From NCBI GenBank assembly GCA_963718895.1, contig CAVRAG010000007.1, positions 640,001 to 704,000 of the forward strand: a DNA stretch of 64,000 nucleotides. Direction: 5' to 3'. Below are positions 58,482 to 64,000 of the stretch, in pieces; the stretch's first letter is position 1; every line of letters begins with the position of its first letter. A model generated the notes under the pieces. The model had not been told where the DNA came from and made no database searches. It was given only the letters and a program-made list of their open reading frames with translations. The DNA comes from an uncultured Nitrososphaerota archaeon. GTDB taxonomy: Archaea > Thermoproteota > Nitrososphaeria > Nitrososphaerales > Gagatemarchaeaceae. The translations under genes and the position numbers were made by a program.

Positions 58482-58962
58482 AAGGTCAGCCGGCATCGCG
58501 GCGGTGCCCGTATTAGCCGTTCTCGTGATAGTGACCGCTACGCTGGGGGTCGGCATATCGACCACTATCTATGCCAACGGACCGACAACCACCAGCTACG
58601 TCACCCTCACCACGACGGCCAGCCCGATCACGTCCACTGTGACGACTCCACAAATCCTGACCGTAACGAGCACGCAGATCAACAATGAAACCCAGACCCT
58701 GACTTCGACGACGATCTCCACTACAACCACCACTACGACCACGACCTCGGTCGCGACCACGACGGCCATCCCGAGCACAACCACGGTGACGACCATACAA
58801 TCCACGACCCTCACGAGCACCCAGACCCAGACCCAGACCTCGACCCAAACCGTTACTCAGACAGTCACTCAGACCGTTACCCAGACCAACACTGTCACCG
58901 AGACGGTAACGGTCACAGAGACCGTGACGACGACGAGTTCAGGGAGCGGCGCAATCGGCTAG
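58465..58962 (+). CDS. Thr-rich surface protein
   Basis: RRSAG plus hydrophobic helix (class III-like signal), then poly-Thr and TQTV/TETV repeats. Confidence 0.7.
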   Translation: MKVGSRRSAGIAAVPVLAVLVIVTATLGVGISTTIYANGPTTTSYVTLTTTASPITSTVTTPQILTVTSTQINNETQTLTSTTISTTTTTTTTTSVATTTAIPSTTTVTTIQSTTLTSTQTQTQTSTQTVTQTVTQTVTQTNTVTETVTVTETVTTTSSGSGAIG

Positions 58963-59052
58963 GAGCGGCCAGTCTCCTCTCTTGGGAGGTCCCTGGCCGC
59001 GGCGCACGGGTGGGCAAAACGTCTTATTACCGGCCCAAGGGTCTTATCCGTC

Positions 59053-59622
59053 ATGTCCGCTCCGATCGCATATGTCTTTTGGCACTGGCCCCGTCCCGGG
59101 ATACCGGCAGAGGAGTACGAGTCGAAGTTGGGTTCGTTTCTGCGCGTCCTGAGTGAGGAGAAACCCGTTGGCCTCATCGAGGCGCTGAGCTTCCGGGTGG
59201 ACGCCCTGCCTTGGAGTCCCCAGCGCGGCAGCCTGTACGAGGACTGGTATGTCGTCGAGGGCTTCTCATCGCTCGGCGCTCTAAACGAGGCCGCTGTCGG
59301 CGGAGAGACCAGGGGGCCGCACGACTCGATCGCGAAGGACTATCTGAAAGGGGCCGGGGGGATACTCAAGGCGATAGGGGGAGAGCTTAGCCTGCGAGAA
59401 GCGCGCTACGCCACCTGGATCGAGAAGCCAATCGGGCCATCCTATCAGTCGTACTATCAGGAGGTTGCAGGGGTCGTGGGGAACAGGAGGTCGGACCTGT
59501 GGCGACGACAGATGGTCCTCGGCCCGTCCCCCCAGTTCTGCGTGCACAGCGAAGAAGCTCTGCAGATTCCGGAGAATCTTCGTCCCATCAGATCGAAGCT
59601 CGACCTGGTCAAGTCTGAGTGA
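59053..59622 (+). CDS. Hypothetical protein
   Basis: 189-aa ORF with AYVFWH, YEDWY and LWRRQMVLGP blocks that look conserved; TTATTA box upstream. Confidence 0.7.
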   Translation: MSAPIAYVFWHWPRPGIPAEEYESKLGSFLRVLSEEKPVGLIEALSFRVDALPWSPQRGSLYEDWYVVEGFSSLGALNEAAVGGETRGPHDSIAKDYLKGAGGILKAIGGELSLREARYATWIEKPIGPSYQSYYQEVAGVVGNRRSDLWRRQMVLGPSPQFCVHSEEALQIPENLRPIRSKLDLVKSE

Positions 59623-59694
59623 GTGGAAGGCAGGAACGAAGAAGAGGGGAGAGCCTCCTTGGATAGGGGAGCGTCTCCCGACCTGCGCGGGTAT

Positions 59695-61935
59695 CTACGG
59701 GCCTACGAAGTTGACCGAGCTTCCCCAGTTCGCGAACGGGGTCCTGGTTCCGCCACACGTCGGGTCGCTGAGGAAGACCTTGTCGCTGCAGTTCGGGTAC
59801 TGGATGTACTCCGTGGCGAAGTAGGTCAGGCCCGGCCCCTTGGTCTGTGGGACGAAGATTGCTTGGCCATAGTCTCCCCATCGCGGTCTGGTCCCGAGGG
59901 TTCCGGGCGCATAGCCCAGGTACTCGCTGAAGCCGTCCTGAGGCGCCTTGCCGAGGTCGGCTACGTATATCTTGTTGCCCTGGACCGCGGAATCTCCTCC
60001 CAGGCGGGCGTACGCCGTGCTCGGGTAGAACCCGCCGCTGTTGGCTGCAGTGGGGCCGCCATTGCCGGACAGCGTGAACGCTATCACGGCGCCGTCGCTG
60101 CCGCCCGCCGCTATGGCCGGGAACTCGATGTCCTCGTGGATCGCAGAGACGTAGCCCTGGTTCGCTATTGAGAACGAACTCGAGAAGAAGTTGGAGCTTG
60201 TGGCGGCGTCTGGATTCCCGAAGCCGCCGGTGTTGATCATCCAGAAGGCGGCGCCCAAGTGGAGCTCGCTCGAGACTGCTTGACCTGGGCCGTGCTGGCT
60301 GAAGGTCTGGTCCACAACCGTGCTGATTGCCGTCCAGAGCTGGCCGTCCGCATAGGAGACCTGGGTGACTCCATCACCGTTGGTCGCTATCCCAGACTCG
60401 GGGCATGGGGAAGCGGTCTGCCCAGGGATGAGGTTGCAGTTGTCTCCCAGGGGAATCGGGCCTGCCTTTTGTGGACCGAGGCCGCAGAAACTGGATATGC
60501 CCGAGTTGACGAGACAGGGTGCTCCCTCATCCATGTAGGTCGTCTGGCTGGTCAGGAGCTGACCGCCGAACGTTATGATCTTGCATGAGGCGCAGGAGTA
60601 CGTGTTCAGGCTCGACAGGCCCGACCAATCGAAGACCGCGATGCGGTTGTCGCCCGCGCCCAAAAAGTCGAGGGAGGCGAGCATGTACCCATTGCCTCCA
60701 TCGCTGAAGATGGAGGATGATGACGCGCCGAGGGATGCGGACGTTGACGCGACCGGAGATTGCGCTGGGATGACCTGATACCAGCATACGGATCCGGCAT
60801 AGGTTCCGCTGAAGCAGCTGGCCGCATCCGGCTGGAACTGACCGTTGGCTGGGATTGGGTAGAGGTTCGGGGAGTCGCCCATGTTTTCGTAGGCGGCGTT
60901 GAACTTCGGGTTGGAGGGTGAGAGGCCCTGCTCAAAGGCCGCCTTGCTGAAGGCCAACTCCTGCGCCCCGTTGAAGGTGTTGCAGCCGAAGGCTGGGCAC
61001 GCCGGATATGTCGAAGGGTTCTGGTTGAACTCATCGTAGAAGAGCAGGAACGCGTCGTTCGTGGTTCCTATCTTAGCGAAGTCGTTGAGGAGATACCCCT
61101 TGCCTGGGTCGTTGTTGACAGCGTTCGGGTTGAAGAAGTAGACGTTGTACGAGCCCATGGGATTGCTGGTCGCGCTCACGGCGATTCCCTCAAGGCAGGA
61201 GTTCAGGACGCCTGCGAAGCACCCGGTGAACGGCCCTCCTGAGGCTTCCGTGTTGGTGGAGACGAACTCTGTAATGAACCAGTGGCCACCGCTACCCGAG
61301 TCGTATAGGCAGGATATGTCGCCGCCGCTGCTCCAGCCCGCCGCGGTGAGGCCCATCAGGGTGTCGAGTGACACGACCCCCGAGACGGGAGAGAGGCCGG
61401 AGTTGTAGACCTGCAGCTCACCCTGGTTTAGTATCTCCATGACGTAACCATTACCGCCGCACAGCCCCTGGTCTGGGGGCTCTATGACGCCGCCAAACTG
61501 GGAAGCGTCGCTGACCGCGCTCAGTGCGTAGGGGTTGGACGTCGCGCCGCCCGACCCGAGGCTTATGCTATCGCAGCCATCGGAGAGAGGCTGGCAGCTG
61601 ACCGTGGGAGGGACGGTCTGGGGGTGTGATGGGGGATCGCTGACAGCAATGTCCTTGGCGACGATGGGTTTGGGGTTCTGCGCGGGGATTACATTCGATC
61701 CCGCGGCTCCGGCAGCCAGAACCAGCGAGTGCGGTGTTGGAGTGCTGAAGGGAGACGTCTGGGTCGGGCCGGTGAGGAACGCTCCTGCGGAGCCGACGTA
61801 GCTCGGCGCACCCGGCTTGAACGAGGTGACCGCCGTCGTGCTCGGCTGCGCGGTCGCAAGCGGCAGAGCGGCGCTGCTCGACAAGAGGAGCGCCAGGAGG
61901 AAGAAGCTAGCAAGAGATGAGATGGAGAGCCTCAT
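59695..61935 (-). CDS. Large secreted Cys-rich protein (probable beta-propeller)
   Basis: Sec signal; EPPDQGLC and RWGDY motifs; many paired Cys; CTTAAAT box upstream. Confidence 0.75.
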   Translation of the reverse strand: MRLSISSLASFFLLALLLSSSAALPLATAQPSTTAVTSFKPGAPSYVGSAGAFLTGPTQTSPFSTPTPHSLVLAAGAAGSNVIPAQNPKPIVAKDIAVSDPPSHPQTVPPTVSCQPLSDGCDSISLGSGGATSNPYALSAVSDASQFGGVIEPPDQGLCGGNGYVMEILNQGELQVYNSGLSPVSGVVSLDTLMGLTAAGWSSGGDISCLYDSGSGGHWFITEFVSTNTEASGGPFTGCFAGVLNSCLEGIAVSATSNPMGSYNVYFFNPNAVNNDPGKGYLLNDFAKIGTTNDAFLLFYDEFNQNPSTYPACPAFGCNTFNGAQELAFSKAAFEQGLSPSNPKFNAAYENMGDSPNLYPIPANGQFQPDAASCFSGTYAGSVCWYQVIPAQSPVASTSASLGASSSSIFSDGGNGYMLASLDFLGAGDNRIAVFDWSGLSSLNTYSCASCKIITFGGQLLTSQTTYMDEGAPCLVNSGISSFCGLGPQKAGPIPLGDNCNLIPGQTASPCPESGIATNGDGVTQVSYADGQLWTAISTVVDQTFSQHGPGQAVSSELHLGAAFWMINTGGFGNPDAATSSNFFSSSFSIANQGYVSAIHEDIEFPAIAAGGSDGAVIAFTLSGNGGPTAANSGGFYPSTAYARLGGDSAVQGNKIYVADLGKAPQDGFSEYLGYAPGTLGTRPRWGDYGQAIFVPQTKGPGLTYFATEYIQYPNCSDKVFLSDPTCGGTRTPFANWGSSVNFVGP

Positions 61936-62087
61936 GCTTTCGTACTGACCCGAGTCTAGGAAATTATTTAAGCGCCCAAGAAAATCTTCTAGTACTTTTC
62001 TCTAGAACAATAACTCACCGTCTCCTCGGATCCTTCGCGCTCTCCACCTTGTCGCCTTTAAGGCGGTTCTGCGGGACTCCGGAGTCA

Positions 62088-62396
62088 ATGGCAAAGAGGA
62101 AGATGAGGCGGGACGATTCGACTGAAGGCTGTGATCCTCCCGGCTCTGGTCCCAAGGTGGACGCCGAGAAAGAGGTGAATCGCCCGTGCACCCTCTGCGG
62201 CAGCAAGATGTATTTCGCGGCGGACTTCCAGGTGCACGTCTGCCTGAACAAGGAGCACGGAGCGCTGGCGTATTACGGCCTCGATGACTGTTACTTCACC
62301 TCTCAAGACGCTGTGGCCTCGAGGTTCGAGAAGGAGGGTAAGAAGTTCCACATGATCGAGCCTGAGGTTCTGCAAATGATAGGGGTCGAATCCTGA
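62088..62396 (+). CDS. Small zinc-binding hypothetical protein
   Basis: CTLCG..C..EH pattern; TTTAAG box about 25 nt upstream. Confidence 0.55.
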   Translation: MAKRKMRRDDSTEGCDPPGSGPKVDAEKEVNRPCTLCGSKMYFAADFQVHVCLNKEHGALAYYGLDDCYFTSQDAVASRFEKEGKKFHMIEPEVLQMIGVES

Positions 62397-62477
62397 TCCC
62401 GGAATCCTCCGCTTGACAAAAGTTGGAGAGAGGGCACGGCATCACCCGCGCCCTCCGTCTGTTCTTGTCTTCGTCTT

Positions 62478-64000
62478 CTACTCGTTGAGGAGGTAGGCCT
62501 GGTAGGAGGCTGTGCCGGTCTGGCTACGGTCTCCTGTGTAGTCGCTTCCGCCCTCGCCTGTGGCCCCTGCAACCAGGTTCGTCTTGTAGTTCTCTGGGGT
62601 TCCTGCTAGGTCACCGGTCGAGTGGGCGCTGATCCCGCTTGGACTGGTCGGTTCGACGCCGAGACCGTTGTAGAGGGCACTTGCACTGGATAGGCTCAGG
62701 GTGCCGAAGCTGCTGTAGAAAGCAGCGCCCCACTGCCAGTCGAGCTTGAATGAGTTCGTCGTTCCACTGAAGGCGCCGAGCCAGGTCACTTTGGCTCCCT
62801 GGAGCGAGACGCCGCTGGGTACCTGGTAGGCGAGGCCTGAGAGGAAGACGCTCCCCGCGTAGCTCGTGGGGACCGTGGTCACCCACTGTCCGCCGGTGAA
62901 CGTGGTCGTAGGTGTCGTTGCTGTTGGGCTGTAGACCACTTCGGCGTTCGGCGCCGGCAGCTGGAGCGTAGTGCCGCTCTTGAGCTGGACGTCTATCCAC
63001 TGCCCGCTGAAGTGGGCCGTAAGGCCTGTCGAAGGGACGCTTGAGGTCAGGGCCATCGAGGTGCTGAACCAGACGTAGCTTCCCGCGGTCACTGGCGTGT
63101 TGTTGAAGATCGATTGGATGGCGCAGACGCCGGGGTCGGTGTCCTGGTCGGTGCAGGTGTGCAGGGAGGAGAGAGAGGATGGGTCCGATTGGAGGCCGAA
63201 CAGTCCTTCACTGGTCCGGACCGGCTCACCGGTCTGGGGGTTGAGGAAGAGCCTGTCCGCGGATGGGCGCTGGTTGAAGTTGAACATGTTGTCCAGTGTG
63301 CCGGCGAGGTTGTCGAAGGACGTCGGGCCGACGCTGCCGAGATGCCAGTTGTCCTCGATGAACTTGAGTATCGAGGTCTGGTCGGTGAGGGTGTTGTCGA
63401 CGAAGTTCTGCTTGGCGTAGGGCGAGATTACGAGGAGCGGGATGCGAGGTCCGTATCCGCACCTGTCCTCGACGCCGAGCGGTGAGGCCCCGGCCCCGCA
63501 GGCGTTCCCGTTGAGCACGTCATTGGTCGGGTCGCTCGATGGGTTGACGATCGGACCCATGACCTGGTCGTACCAGCCGTCTGAGTCGTCCCAGTTGATG
63601 ATGACCGCTGTGCTGGACCAGGTCGGGAGGCTCTCGAGCTGGTTGATGGTGTTGGCCAGGAAGGTCTGCTCGTCCAGAGGGTCAGAGTTCCCAGGGTGGC
63701 CGTCCTGATACCTGTCCGGCTTGAGGAAGCTGACGGCAGGAAGGTTGCCCGAGTCCGCCGCGATCCAGAACGAGGAGAGGTCGTACTGGTGGTTAGCCTG
63801 GTCGGTGTATCCGATCATGGAGGGGGAGCTCGGAGGGAGGTGGTGGGGGTTGGCGGTAGAGAGGAAGTACTGGAACGGCTCGTGGTGGGCGCTGTAGTCC
63901 GCCTCGGTCGTCCCTCCGACCTGCACGTTGGATGCGCCGCAGACCGCCGGCGAGCCCGTCACTGGGTTGTATGGCACGGTCGGCGTGAAGCCGCCCTGGA
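62478..64000 (-). CDS. Phospholipase C/acid phosphatase (AcpA-type phosphoesterase) with C-terminal beta domain, 5' part outside the window
   Basis: HHEPFQY, LPAVSFLK, DGHPG, WDDSDGWYD, GPRIPLLVISP and DQTSILKFIE motifs. Confidence 0.9.
   Translation of the reverse strand, partial: QGGFTPTVPYNPVTGSPAVCGASNVQVGGTTEADYSAHHEPFQYFLSTANPHHLPPSSPSMIGYTDQANHQYDLSSFWIAADSGNLPAVSFLKPDRYQDGHPGNSDPLDEQTFLANTINQLESLPTWSSTAVIINWDDSDGWYDQVMGPIVNPSSDPTNDVLNGNACGAGASPLGVEDRCGYGPRIPLLVISPYAKQNFVDNTLTDQTSILKFIEDNWHLGSVGPTSFDNLAGTLDNMFNFNQRPSADRLFLNPQTGEPVRTSEGLFGLQSDPSSLSSLHTCTDQDTDPGVCAIQSIFNNTPVTAGSYVWFSTSMALTSSVPSTGLTAHFSGQWIDVQLKSGTTLQLPAPNAEVVYSPTATTPTTTFTGGQWVTTVPTSYAGSVFLSGLAYQVPSGVSLQGAKVTWLGAFSGTTNSFKLDWQWGAAFYSSFGTLSLSSASALYNGLGVEPTSPSGISAHSTGDLAGTPENYKTNLVAGATGEGGSDYTGDRSQTGTASYQAYLLNE

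Noticed and set aside
58700-58935. Tandem repeats as a CRISPR array (also 17703-18071)
   Set aside because: In-frame coding repeats without spacers; no cas genes

Overview
GC-rich archaeal chromosomal window. TTTAA/TTATA boxes sit about 23-28 nt upstream of frequently TTG/GTG, apparently leaderless starts, and it carries archaeal-type XPF, stand-alone RAM domains and an archaeal wHTH. By inference it comes from a heterotrophic soil/peat Nitrososphaerota-like archaeon. It is mostly accessory metabolism, transport and stress genes: one intact IS5/IS903-type element, a PhoU-like/PiT pair, a Tat-exported gluconate-2-dehydrogenase-like operon, a sugar-acid catabolic cluster, metY-metX-metW, and several secreted proteins. 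I recognised no rRNA, tRNA or CRISPR array. The most unusual items are: (1) a voltage-sensor domain (S1-S4, no pore) fused to a CorA Mg2+ channel; (2) a Soj/ParA ATPase coupled to a disordered partner with an RGLG-type N-terminus and a MinD-like membrane-targeting helix; (3) an orphan mosaic of contractile-injection-system DUF6519 and baseplate motifs; (4) a roughly 120-aa coiled-coil stalk in the dehydrogenase small subunit. Several genes are frameshifted at G runs, possibly sequencing errors. All family assignments come from motif recognition by eye; no database search was run.
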